Shown here: piece by piece, positions 20,188-28,326 of the stretch
Layout of the letters: every line of letters begins with the position of its first letter
Position numbering within the stretch: position 1 is the stretch's first letter
Assembly (NCBI GenBank): GCA_963674695.2
Contig: CAXXGI010000001.1
Location: 704,001-768,000 of the forward strand
Length of the DNA stretch: 64,000 bases
Source of the DNA: a bacterium
Lineage (GTDB): Bacteria > UBA10199 > 2-02-FULL-44-16 > JAAZCA01
Direction of reading: 5' to 3'
The notes under the pieces: generated by a model
Told to the model about the DNA's origin: nothing
Database searches by the model: none
What the model saw: the letters and a program-made list of their open reading frames with translations, nothing else
Position numbers and translations under genes: made by a program

Positions 20188-20733
20188 TCAGCCGGCCAAC
20201 TTCGTTTCATTCAAAAGCCTCACTGCAAATGATCCGCGCCAAGTCATTGAATGACGTCGCGCCCGAATCATTGCGTCGACACCAGCGCGCCACATGCTCG
20301 TCGGAGGCGAGAATAAAGTTTGCTTCGTCTGTTGGGTCCCTTCTACTTTACCTATTTTTTTCTTCACTATCGACAAAACGCGTATGCGTAATTCCAATAA
20401 CGAAGTATAGGCACGGCATCTTTTGGTTATACCGACACTCGAAAATGATTGACTCAACCAATCACAATCTTTCGAGAAGCGTGGCCTTTCTTTTGTTAGC
20501 GAATACACCCCCCACATCTTAGCATTCGAATAAGCACCGGTAGCATAGAATGTTAGGGCATATCCCGCCGATCTCAGTTCAACGGAAAAATCCCGGGCCG
20601 CCGTGGCCAAAGCCATGTTCTCGGTGACACGGCTACTGATTTCTGGCGTAACATTGTCATCACATTTGCGGTTCCCTTTTTCCATTGAAACTCCATTCCC
20701 GTATCGATTCTTTTCATCCAAAATACCCGACAC
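20188..20733 (-). CDS. Hypothetical or degenerate ORF running into HNH remnant
   Basis: ORF track; 3' end reads the HNH scar in a different frame. Confidence 0.3.
   Translation of the reverse strand: MSGILDEKNRYGNGVSMEKGNRKCDDNVTPEISSRVTENMALATAARDFSVELRSAGYALTFYATGAYSNAKMWGVYSLTKERPRFSKDCDWLSQSFSSVGITKRCRAYTSLLELRIRVLSIVKKKIGKVEGTQQTKQTLFSPPTSMWRAGVDAMIRARRHSMTWRGSFAVRLLNETKLAG
20235..20313 (-). pseudogene. 79-bp remnant of HNH nuclease gene
   Basis: 75/79 nt identical to 2000-2078 inside the HNH gene. Confidence 0.8.
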
Positions 20734-20784
20734 AAAGGAACGCCAAATGTCATCCTCCTAACAGCCAGCTTTTTATCATTGATA

Positions 20785-21600
20785 TTACGCATCAGTCTGT
20801 TCCAAACGCACGATTAAAGTGCCCAACTCGCTGATAAGCGGGTGTGCCCAGTGTTCACGCGCCATTTTCAGCACCTCTTTTTCAAACCACACCTTCTTGT
20901 CTTTGCCACGATTAAATTTCTTCCATAGATTTGGGCCCTCTTTTTCATATTGCGCGAAAAATGAGTGCAGGTTTGAAATCTTGTCCGCAACGCTCACGGC
21001 AATGGCCCTTTCGCCACCTGCCCTGACAGTCTCAATGTACCGTGTCTTCTTTCGTTCCCAGTCCTTGAGATCATTCATCGATTCGTCATTCGTCACCGCC
21101 TTCACAATCCTGAGCACCTCATCACCGCAGGCACTCCAAATCTCTTCTTCCGCGCACTCCGTGTCCTCCAGCAAATCGTGGCAGTAGCCAGCCGCGATCA
21201 CTTCTGGACCAAACTCACTCTTCCACAACCGTCGGCCCACATCCAGCACATGTTCCATGTATGGATGCCCATCCCCCTTACGTTTTGCGCCCGAATGGTG
21301 CTTCACAATAAGAGGAATGGAATTGAAAATCTCTTGCGAAACAAGTGTAGAGCTCGCGCGAAAGAGTTCCCTTGCCTCGGTATATATGATGAATTCGTAA
21401 CCACCATCTTCGCCCTTCTGGAGCCAATTGTCATAGGATTTCATTTTCGGATTCTCATGAATAAAACCACCGACCGCCGTCCGTAGCATGTGATCCAAAT
21501 CCACACCCTCCTCAAGGATTGCATATCGTTCATCATCGAAAAAATCAGCTGTTGGTATGGCATCTGTGACATCGATTTTTGCCAATGTGTACATAGGCAT
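20785..21600 (-). CDS. HD-domain protein, SpoT/Mesh1-like (p)ppGpp hydrolase family, with N-terminal extension
   Basis: H.G..RKG..PYMEH, AGYCHDLLEDT, VADKISNL; GAGGGGG RBS before 21600 (the 482-aa ORF is an upstream read-through). Confidence 0.8.
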   Translation of the reverse strand: MPMYTLAKIDVTDAIPTADFFDDERYAILEEGVDLDHMLRTAVGGFIHENPKMKSYDNWLQKGEDGGYEFIIYTEARELFRASSTLVSQEIFNSIPLIVKHHSGAKRKGDGHPYMEHVLDVGRRLWKSEFGPEVIAAGYCHDLLEDTECAEEEIWSACGDEVLRIVKAVTNDESMNDLKDWERKKTRYIETVRAGGERAIAVSVADKISNLHSFFAQYEKEGPNLWKKFNRGKDKKVWFEKEVLKMAREHWAHPLISELGTLIVRLEQTDA

Positions 21601-21621
21601 TGTAATCCCCCTCATGAACTG

Positions 21622-21705
21622 GATGACTTCAGGAGCTAGGACGTTTGTGAAATCTTCGAGGCTTTCATCCTTGAGCCAGAAGAGATCGCGGTTCACCTTT
21701 TCGCG
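21622..21705 (-). pseudogene. Remnant of type I R-M hsdM C-terminus
   Basis: REKVNRDLFWLKDESLED..N..APEVI resembles the HsdM C-terminal LDIFWLKDxSLED motif. Confidence 0.6.
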
Positions 21706-21847
21706 CCAACCTGAAATCGCACCCGATGCCGGTAATATCAAGCGCTTATTGGGCGCTGCGGAGCAATGGATATGGGATCCCCTGCCGCCAAACCGGCGGG
21801 CACAATCCGCTTCACGGGAATGACACCATTCTGAAATCCGTTTTGGC

Positions 21848-22246
21848 CTAATGCCAACACGGCGCGGTGGACAGTCCGCCGCAGGGGGCGGTGGAAAGGC
21901 CGCCACCGGGGGCTGTCGAGAGGCCCCCGCCGGGTGCCGTCGACAATCCTCCGCCTGGTGCGGTTGAGAGCCCACCACCTGGTGCGGTTGATAATCCCCC
22001 GCCCGGAGCGGTTGAGAGCCCACCACCGGGTGCCGTTGACAATCCTCCGCCCGGGGCTGTTGAAAGGCCACCCCCCGGTGCGGTGGACAATCCGCCGCCT
22101 GGCGCTGTGGACAGTCCACCACCGGGCGCGGTCGACAGCCCGCTGCGGATGCCGTAGTTCTTCCAGCCCTGCGCCTGGGCCGGCCCGGCGAGCGCGACGA
22201 TGGTGACGAGTGCGAGCGCAAACAGCATTCCATTCATGATCTTCAT
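21848..22246 (-). CDS. Secreted glycine-rich (GGGLSTAP)12 repeat protein, copy 2
   Basis: GAGGAGG RBS; 132 aa, nearly identical protein to copy 1 with many synonymous differences. Confidence 0.85.
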   Translation of the reverse strand: MKIMNGMLFALALVTIVALAGPAQAQGWKNYGIRSGLSTAPGGGLSTAPGGGLSTAPGGGLSTAPGGGLSTAPGGGLSTAPGGGLSTAPGGGLSTAPGGGLSTAPGGGLSTAPGGGLSTAPCGGLSTAPCWH

Positions 22247-22274
22247 ATGGCCTCCTCTCAAAACCTGTTTCAAT

Positions 22275-22374
22275 CGAGATCCCCGATTACCCCACTCCCG
22301 CCAGAGGCGGGCAAGCGGGGATGACAGAAGCGGAAGTCCCGGGGATGACAACCGTAAGGGCCCCCGGGGATGAC
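22275..22374. repeat. REP-like palindromic cluster
   Basis: GATCCCCGA...CCCGCCAGAGGCGGGCAAGCGGGGATGAC and further GGGGATGAC units. Confidence 0.7.
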
Positions 22375-22451
22375 CGGCGTGCAGATGCGGGGCTGTTTGT
22401 GTTGAAATCCGCCACGCATCCGTTTGTTTCCACGAACTATAGCGCAAAAGA

Positions 22452-23060
22452 TCATCGCCGATACTTATTGCCCTTTTTGCTCGGCACAACCTGGACGTCG
22501 TCTTCGCCCGCCCCGGCGGCATTAAACTTGGCAGCCGATGCCTGCGCAGCGGCTGCCGCCTCCTTCTCCTCCGCCTTCTTCGCCGCTTTTTGCTCCTTCA
22601 AGCTCGGCCCTTTGTCCTCATACACGATCGTCCTGCCGCTGATCGCCTGCAACTCCTGGGCGAATGCGAAGCCATATTTCTTCTTCGTCTGGATGGTGAT
22701 GCTGTCCTTCATGCCGTTCGCGGTCATGTACTCGATGCCGAAGTTGTCGCGTTTCTTTTTGGCGAAGAGCATGAAGAGAAAAACCGGCGCCAAGACCACT
22801 GCCGTAGCAACACTCTCAGCCACGCGCCGACGCGCATACTCACCGCCGGCAAGGGCTGTAATGCTATCGCCCGAGATCGTGCGATTGAGTTCTTTGAGCG
22901 ACTTCGACTTATAGGCGACTGTGAGAACGCCGTTATCGATCTCTACCTTGCAGCTGCTGAACTTCCCCTTTTTATTGATGCACTCTGCCTCATAGGCGTA
23001 GCTTGCCGTGGACGACATCAATAATAGGAAACACACTGTCAGACACACAATCCTCTTCAT
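22452..23060 (-). CDS. Exported hypothetical protein
   Basis: GGGAGG RBS, signal peptide (ASYA), internal hydrophobic segment, Ala/Lys-rich tail. Confidence 0.8.
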   Translation of the reverse strand: MKRIVCLTVCFLLLMSSTASYAYEAECINKKGKFSSCKVEIDNGVLTVAYKSKSLKELNRTISGDSITALAGGEYARRRVAESVATAVVLAPVFLFMLFAKKKRDNFGIEYMTANGMKDSITIQTKKKYGFAFAQELQAISGRTIVYEDKGPSLKEQKAAKKAEEKEAAAAAQASAAKFNAAGAGEDDVQVVPSKKGNKYRR

Positions 23061-23088
23061 GAATACCTCCCGTGTGGGTTGCAGGGAA

Positions 23089-23122
23089 ATATTAGCCCAG
23101 GGGTGTGTCAGGGAAGGTCGTG
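23089..23122 (-). promoter_or_regulatory. Putative WYL-dependent promoter
   Basis: Minus strand CACGACC-TTCCC-TGACA-N11-TAATAT. Confidence 0.7.
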
Positions 23123-23138
23123 GGTGGGGGGAATTTCA

Positions 23139-23390
23139 AGGGATCCCTCCACTCGCTCTGCTCGGTCGGGATGACAACGACGGGGCTGGATCCCCGATTA
23201 CACCACTCCCGCCAGAGGCGGGCAAGCGGGGATGACAGGCGTGGGGGCAGGCGGGGGTGACACAAGCTGGGGGCCTCGGAGATGACGGGGGATCCTTCGC
23301 TTCACTCAGGATGACAAGCGCTAGGTCTCCCCCACCCCAGCCCTCCCCCCTCCACACAACCGGCGGGCATGCTTACAACGGGGAGGGGGT
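23139..23390. repeat. Mixed REP cluster
   Basis: GGATCC...GGATGACA units, GATCCTTCGCTTCACTCAGGATGACA, CCCTCCCC...GGGGAGGG. Confidence 0.7.
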
Positions 23391-23393
23391 TTT

Positions 23394-24374
23394 TCATGCG
23401 TTGTATTTCTCGGCGGCGGCGGTGTGTTCGGTGGCGAGTTCTTTGCGCAGTTCTTTGGGGGTGATCACTTCGGCGAGCGAGCCGAAGGAGAGCACCCAGC
23501 TCTTCACCTCGGCCAAGCCCTCGACGGTCATGGCAAGCGTTGCCCCGCCATCGGCCTCCTCCGTGATCTCCTGCGTCGGGTGCCAGCGACGCTCCTTCAC
23601 ATAGTAGGCCACCTTCTTGTCGAAGCGAATTTCCACATCGGTCGACTCGCCGTCCATCACGCGAAATCGGCCCTTCGTGAAATCTTCCATATTGAAATCT
23701 GCCGGCAGCTGAAAGATGTCGTCGGTGAGCGCGGCCTGCTCGATGCGGTCGAGCACGAACATGCGAATCTGGCCGCGCTCGTGGCAGTGGGCCACAACGT
23801 AGATCGTGCCGCCCATGAACCAGACGTGATAGGGGTCGATGCGACGCTCGAGCGCCTCACCCTTGCCGGAACGATAGCGGATGCGCACGGTACGGTGGTC
23901 GAGGACCGCGCGATTGACGGTGTCGATCGTGTCGCGGTGCTTGCGATAGTCGCGCGCACCGGTCACGCCCACTTTGAACTTCTGCGCCAGCGAATCGATG
24001 AAGACGAGCGACTCCGGCCCGAGCATGGAGCGGACCTTCTTGAACGCCTCGCCGAGCGACTCGGAAAACGCGGTCCCCTCGAACGCCTTGAGGTGATCGT
24101 GCGCGATGGTCAGCGCCATCAGTTCGGTGAGCGCAAAGGGGATGGGCATCTTCGACCGATAGCCCTCGACGAAGAACCAGCGCTCGGCATCGCCCTCATC
24201 CTTTTCGGAATAAATCGGGAAGCCGGCGGTCTCGAGCGCCTCCATGTCGCGATAGACCGTGCGCACGTTCGCCTCGAGTTCGGCGGCCAGCTCCGGCACG
24301 GTCACGCCCTTGCGGCGGGCTTCGAGCAACTGCAGGATCTTCCATTGACGGGAAATCTGATCACCGCGCGGCAT
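23394..24374 (-). CDS. HTH-WYL-WCX transcriptional regulator (YafY/PafB/DriD-like)
   Basis: ELAAELEANVRTVYRDMEALE HTH; RRIDPY, YVVAHC..R..IRMFVLDRI WYL; WHPTQ...WVLSFG WCX. Confidence 0.92.
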   Translation of the reverse strand: MPRGDQISRQWKILQLLEARRKGVTVPELAAELEANVRTVYRDMEALETAGFPIYSEKDEGDAERWFFVEGYRSKMPIPFALTELMALTIAHDHLKAFEGTAFSESLGEAFKKVRSMLGPESLVFIDSLAQKFKVGVTGARDYRKHRDTIDTVNRAVLDHRTVRIRYRSGKGEALERRIDPYHVWFMGGTIYVVAHCHERGQIRMFVLDRIEQAALTDDIFQLPADFNMEDFTKGRFRVMDGESTDVEIRFDKKVAYYVKERRWHPTQEITEEADGGATLAMTVEGLAEVKSWVLSFGSLAEVITPKELRKELATEHTAAAEKYNA

Positions 24375-24440
24375 GGAAACCCCCTTTTCACAGCTAGATG
24401 CTTTTAATAAAAGAGCGATGTTGATGACAAACCCTGCTAT

Positions 24441-24539
24441 TGTCATCCTGAGCGAGGCCGGAACGGACGAGTCGAAGGATCTCATGAGATTCCTCGACTC
24501 CCCCGGCATCATACGATGCCGGGTCCGCTCGGAATGACA
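24441..24539. repeat. REP pair (GTCATCCTGAGCGA / GGAATGACA type)
   Basis: Inverted TGTCATCC...GGAATGACA ends. Confidence 0.65.
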
Positions 24540-24627
24540 TCATGGAACTTTGTCAGCAGTCTGGCTCCTTATAGAAGAGCACATGCAAGACTGCAACGCC
24601 CTCTGCCCGATAAGCGATGAAAAACAC

Positions 24628-25032
24628 TCATGACTCAACAAGTGAATCACATATCGTCTGCAACCGCTGATGAAAACGGCGCACGCTGTTCGCGTCGAGG
24701 TGCGTGCGAAAGGTGATCTCGCCGCCATCGACGATGGCGCGCGTTTCGAAGAGGATGGCGCCGTCGGGCAATTGCCAAAACGAAAAGAGGACGCGGGCGT
24801 TGCGCAGCAGTGCCGCCCCTTTGCGCAGCTCATCCGTATTCAGACGGTGAATGAAGGCACGACACTCGGCAAAGCCGTCCGGCCATAAAAATTCCTCGTG
24901 CACCACAAGGCTGGAGCGGCCGATGCCACCGGGGACACGCAACTGCGCGATAACGCCAACACCTTCTTCACGCTGCGCAAGCGTGAGATCAAAAAATGCC
25001 GCCTTGGTGCTGTCGAGAATCAACCGCGTCAT
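24628..25032 (-). CDS. Hypothetical protein
   Basis: GAGGTG RBS; 134 aa; preceded by the shared promoter motif. Confidence 0.7.
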   Translation of the reverse strand: MTRLILDSTKAAFFDLTLAQREEGVGVIAQLRVPGGIGRSSLVVHEEFLWPDGFAECRAFIHRLNTDELRKGAALLRNARVLFSFWQLPDGAILFETRAIVDGGEITFRTHLDANSVRRFHQRLQTICDSLVES

Positions 25033-25049
25033 CTTTCACCTCTGCTCGC

Positions 25050-25083
25050 ATCATACACCCCGGATGCGGCAAGGAGGGTCATG
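25050..25083 (-). promoter_or_regulatory. Putative WYL-dependent promoter
   Basis: Minus strand CATGACC-CTCCT-TGCCG-N11-TATGAT. Confidence 0.6.
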
Positions 25084-25091
25084 CCACTTCA

Positions 25092-25625
25092 TCAATGGAG
25101 CGAGCGATCGGCCTCTCGCTCCGGCGCCTCTTCGACCACGGCGGAGGCGACGATGTGTTTCCCGTCGCCCATCTCGTCGATGTGGTCCATGAGCAATCGC
25201 GCCATGCGTCGGCGGTACATCACGATATGTTCGCAGGCCGCGACCAGGTCCGACGACGATCGCACCTGCGGCAGACGGCAGCCGATGATGAACCCCGCAT
25301 CCTCGCAGCCGACATCGATGCCGTAGGCCTCGGTGCACTCGCGCAGACACTCCACAAAGGCCGCGGGCGCGCGCTCCATGACGTCGACCAGATGCATCTG
25401 CACGAAGGCCTCCGGGCCCGATGCATCCGATAGAGGCGTGAATGTGATGCGACAACCGCAGCGGCGATACCCCCCATATATAATGATACGACGCTCCTGC
25501 ACCTGCCCGGAGATCTCGATAACGGTGAGCCCGTCGATCTCATCGATGAGGTTCACGACGCGCGCCATGAGCTGGTGTATCTGCTGAACCTCGGAACGTT
25601 CTGTGACTTCGCGGAGATGCTCCAT
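25092..25625 (-). CDS. Hypothetical protein
   Basis: AAGGAG RBS before ATG 25625 (MEHLREV). Confidence 0.7.
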   Translation of the reverse strand: MEHLREVTERSEVQQIHQLMARVVNLIDEIDGLTVIEISGQVQERRIIIYGGYRRCGCRITFTPLSDASGPEAFVQMHLVDVMERAPAAFVECLRECTEAYGIDVGCEDAGFIIGCRLPQVRSSSDLVAACEHIVMYRRRMARLLMDHIDEMGDGKHIVASAVVEEAPEREADRSLH

Positions 25626-25668
25626 CAACCGCTCCTTTCCGGGCAACGACCTACTGCCAGATTTTCGC

Positions 25669-25702
25669 AGGATACCCCAATGGCGTGTCACCCAAGGTCA
25701 CG
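25669..25702 (-). promoter_or_regulatory. Putative WYL-dependent promoter (divergent pair, left)
   Basis: Minus strand CGTGACC-TTGGG-TGACA-N11-TATCCT. Confidence 0.7.
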
Positions 25703-25738
25703 TCCGATAAAAAATATTTTCCTATTTCATCATTCCAC

Positions 25739-25772
25739 CGTGACCCTCCCTGACAGCGTGCCGCGCTATTGT
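25739..25772 (+). promoter_or_regulatory. Putative WYL-dependent promoter (divergent pair, right)
   Basis: CGTGACC-CTCCC-TGACA-N11-TATTGT. Confidence 0.7.
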
Positions 25773-25818
25773 TTGCGCAAAGGAAGATTCCCTTTTCATC
25801 TGACAAAGGAGGCAGACC

Positions 25819-26949
25819 ATGAAAACGATACGAACGATAGCGATGCTCGCCCTCATCGCCCTGGTGGCGGCATGCGGCGGTGGCGGTGGTGGAACGAGCA
25901 CGCCGCCCGATGCCGAAGGGGGTGATAGTGGCGGCGATGAAACCGGTGGCGATACAACTGCCAACACGACACTCAGCGATACGGCAGCAAGCGCCACATC
26001 GCAGGCCATCTCCATCGCTGCACTCAGCACGCTCTCGCAGGTGGGAGGCGCAGCACCGGCGGGACAGGTCGTCACCAAGGCAGCGCTCGAGGCCCTCAAA
26101 CAGAGCGGGTCGCTTTCGACGACGGTGACGGGAACGAACGGGGGCTCATGTGCGGTGACCGCGAGCGGGTCGAGCAGCACGACGACCGACCCGATGACGC
26201 TCGCCCTTTCCGGCACGATGCAATGCGACGCCTATGCGGAGACCATCGCCCTCAGCGGCGGCGACACGTCGGTCATTCTCACGGGTGCAATCAGCATCTC
26301 GTTCACAGGATCGATGTCGCAGGATTTTAGCAGTATCGAAATAAGTTCATCGATGAGCTGGACCGATCTGGCGGCAAGCATCGCGGGAACGACCTACAGC
26401 GATGTTTCGGGAGACTACACCCTCTCCATCTCCGGTGGCATCGGGTCGTTGGCATTTGCAGAATCTGGCACGGTGGGCAATTGCGCCGTCTCGAACACTT
26501 ACACCTTCACCAGCGAGCTCGAAGAAACGCCCGAAGCTCCGGCAGAAGCGAGCACACCGACAGACCCCGGGACAAGCGAAGAAGAAAACCTCGACGACGC
26601 CTTTGTGGTCACCTCGACGCTGGTCATCTATGGACAGGACGGAACATTTTTGGGAGTCGTCGACACAAACCGCTTCAACTCCGACTCGGTCTGCAATGGA
26701 TTCGGCACCTACGGCAGCCGATATTCGAGTTATTCCATCTGGAATGAATATGGCACCTATGGTGGCGACTATGGCATCAATAGCGCCTTCAACGAATATG
26801 GGAGCTATCCGCCGATCCTATATGAATGGGATGGCGTGAACTTGAACGCGCTCTACTATGTGACGACCAATCCGTACAAAAACCCGCGCATCGATGCCTA
26901 TGCGATGCTGGGTGAACTGCGCTCCTATGGATGCAACATCGAGCGATAG
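25819..26949 (+). CDS. Lipoprotein with C-terminal Gly/Tyr/Asn-rich domain
   Basis: AAGGAGG RBS, lipobox VAAC, S/T/G-rich body, C-terminal DSVCNGFGTYGSRYSSYSIWNEYGTYG. Confidence 0.85.
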   Translation: MKTIRTIAMLALIALVAACGGGGGGTSTPPDAEGGDSGGDETGGDTTANTTLSDTAASATSQAISIAALSTLSQVGGAAPAGQVVTKAALEALKQSGSLSTTVTGTNGGSCAVTASGSSSTTTDPMTLALSGTMQCDAYAETIALSGGDTSVILTGAISISFTGSMSQDFSSIEISSSMSWTDLAASIAGTTYSDVSGDYTLSISGGIGSLAFAESGTVGNCAVSNTYTFTSELEETPEAPAEASTPTDPGTSEEENLDDAFVVTSTLVIYGQDGTFLGVVDTNRFNSDSVCNGFGTYGSRYSSYSIWNEYGTYGGDYGINSAFNEYGSYPPILYEWDGVNLNALYYVTTNPYKNPRIDAYAMLGELRSYGCNIER

Positions 26950-26981
26950 CGATGGGAATCCAAGTTGACGATTTTTACGTT

Positions 26982-27064
26982 CCCTCCCCTTTGTAAGGGG
27001 AGGGCTAGGGTGGGGTAGATCTGCGATCTACCTCCCCCATCCCCTCCTTACAAAGGAGGGGGGA
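26982..27064. repeat. CCCTCCCC...GGGGAGGG REP pair
   Basis: Two inverted GC-rich hairpin units. Confidence 0.6.
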
Positions 27065-27080
27065 GTTTATCCTCACTCTC

Positions 27081-27112
27081 AGGGCCGCCAACATCGGCGG
27101 CCCTTTTCTTTT
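27081..27112. terminator. Intrinsic terminator
   Basis: AGGGCCGCC-loop-GGCGGCCCT followed by a T-run. Confidence 0.65.
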
Positions 27113-27246
27113 GGTGGAGCACAAGGGATTGTCACTTCATTCTGACCTAGAAGGTCATTTGTTCCGAACTTCGTTCGTCACTTGATTTATACAGCTGCAT
27201 CCGCCTACGGCTAGGATGCAGTGGCGGTTCAAACCCTCGACCCCCA
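27112..27246 (-). pseudogene. 3' half of outer tRNA-Ala with ~97-bp insertion in T-loop
   Basis: Minus strand TGGGGGTCGAGGGTTTGAA[insert]AATCCCTTGTGCTCCACCA. Confidence 0.7.
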
Positions 27247-27295
27247 CCAATAGAAAAAGGCACATCACGTTTGGCCCATGTCGCTGTGATATCAG

Positions 27296-27337
27296 TGGAG
27301 CACAAGGGATTCGAACCCTCGACCCCCACGTTGCGAA
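27296..27337 (-). pseudogene. 3' part of target tRNA-Ala(CGC); left att junction (core 27320-27337)
   Basis: Anticodon loop to acceptor end; 18-bp CGACCCCCACGTTGCGAA repeated at 44563-44580. Confidence 0.85.
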
Positions 27338-27458
27338 TCGAAAACAACGTGTTTATATATACCGAAGCAAATCATATATTTATCAATATTTTCAAACTGT
27401 TAACCCATCTTTGGATGTCGGATGGAATCGGATGTTTTGTGGCCATTTGTGAGTCGTG

Positions 27459-27480
27459 TGGACACAAAAATGGCCACAAA
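27459..27480 (+). promoter_or_regulatory. Integrase arm-type site pair
   Basis: TGGACACAAA-AA-TGGCCACAAA; similar pairs at 28123-28144 and 44494-44514. Confidence 0.7.
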
Positions 27481-27561
27481 ATAAGGAGTCTTGAAAAGAG
27501 AATCTCATGATGCTAACTAAAATGTTGAAAATGCTACAGTAAAAGTCTCTAGGAGGACAAA

Positions 27562-28026
27562 ATGAAAAGCTCCTCGGATGATGAGCCTGTGCAATACACT
27601 CTTATCAAACATGATGGGCCATCCAATGGACATGAATTTACCGCTGATTTTGAGACATTTAAGAAATGGATTGAGGAAGATAGAGTTCAACCAGAAGATG
27701 AGATTTATATTGGAGATATAGAATCGAGAAAATATGCGAAAGAGCATGCTTTTTACCTTAAGCTAAAACCTTCAGAAAATGCGAAACATCATGCAAAATA
27801 CTTTCTTTGGGGGATAGCTTTTGGAGCAATTCCTTTATTGTGGTGGCCGCTTATTTTTATTATTCCTATGCACATACTTGGTGTTAAAAGTGCTACAAAA
27901 ATATGGAAAGAAAGTTTTATGGATAAAAGTTCATCTGAAAGAGTTGCCATCGTATGTGGCTTTTTCCTTGGTCTTTTTATTGTATTCCCACTACTTGTTT
28001 CTCCATTCTTTGTGGCGTTTGCATGA
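27562..28026 (+). CDS. Membrane protein with GYF_2-like N-terminal domain
   Basis: AGGAGG RBS; DFETFKKWIEEDRVQPEDEIY; C-terminal TM helices. Confidence 0.7.
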   Translation: MKSSSDDEPVQYTLIKHDGPSNGHEFTADFETFKKWIEEDRVQPEDEIYIGDIESRKYAKEHAFYLKLKPSENAKHHAKYFLWGIAFGAIPLLWWPLIFIIPMHILGVKSATKIWKESFMDKSSSERVAIVCGFFLGLFIVFPLLVSPFFVAFA

Positions 28027-28326
28027 GAGGTTATTAACTTGAAGAAATAGTTAGAATTAAAAATATTTATTACTTATGACGTCGGAGGAAATCGGACAAA
28101 AACCGGTCGTTATTCAATCGTGTGGTCACAAAATTGGACACAAACAGAAGATATAAATAAACGACTCTATTATCCCAATGGGAAGAGAAAGCGTACATGG
28201 TCTGAATTACACAATACGATATCATCAGTCTTTTACAATTTATTATGACGAAATTATTGACCCATCTTCATTTGCTACAATTAATTTCTCTAGAACAATT
28301 TGATTTCAGAATCAGCCTAAGAGGTT

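Noticed and set aside
20235-20313. DGR template/variable repeat pair with 2000-2078 (Avd-like gene at 44.9 kb)
   Set aside because: Only 4 mismatches, not all at adenines; no reverse transcriptase in the window; a gene remnant explains it
20785-22233. 482-aa ORF as one gene
   Set aside because: Its N-terminus is an off-frame reading of the repeat gene plus intergenic DNA and the hsdM scar; the HD gene has its own RBS at 21600
23394-24374. Calling the WYL gene brxR
   Set aside because: It is 5.4 kb from brxA, has YafY/PafB-type architecture, and nearby sites look like activator direct repeats rather than a BrxR inverted operator
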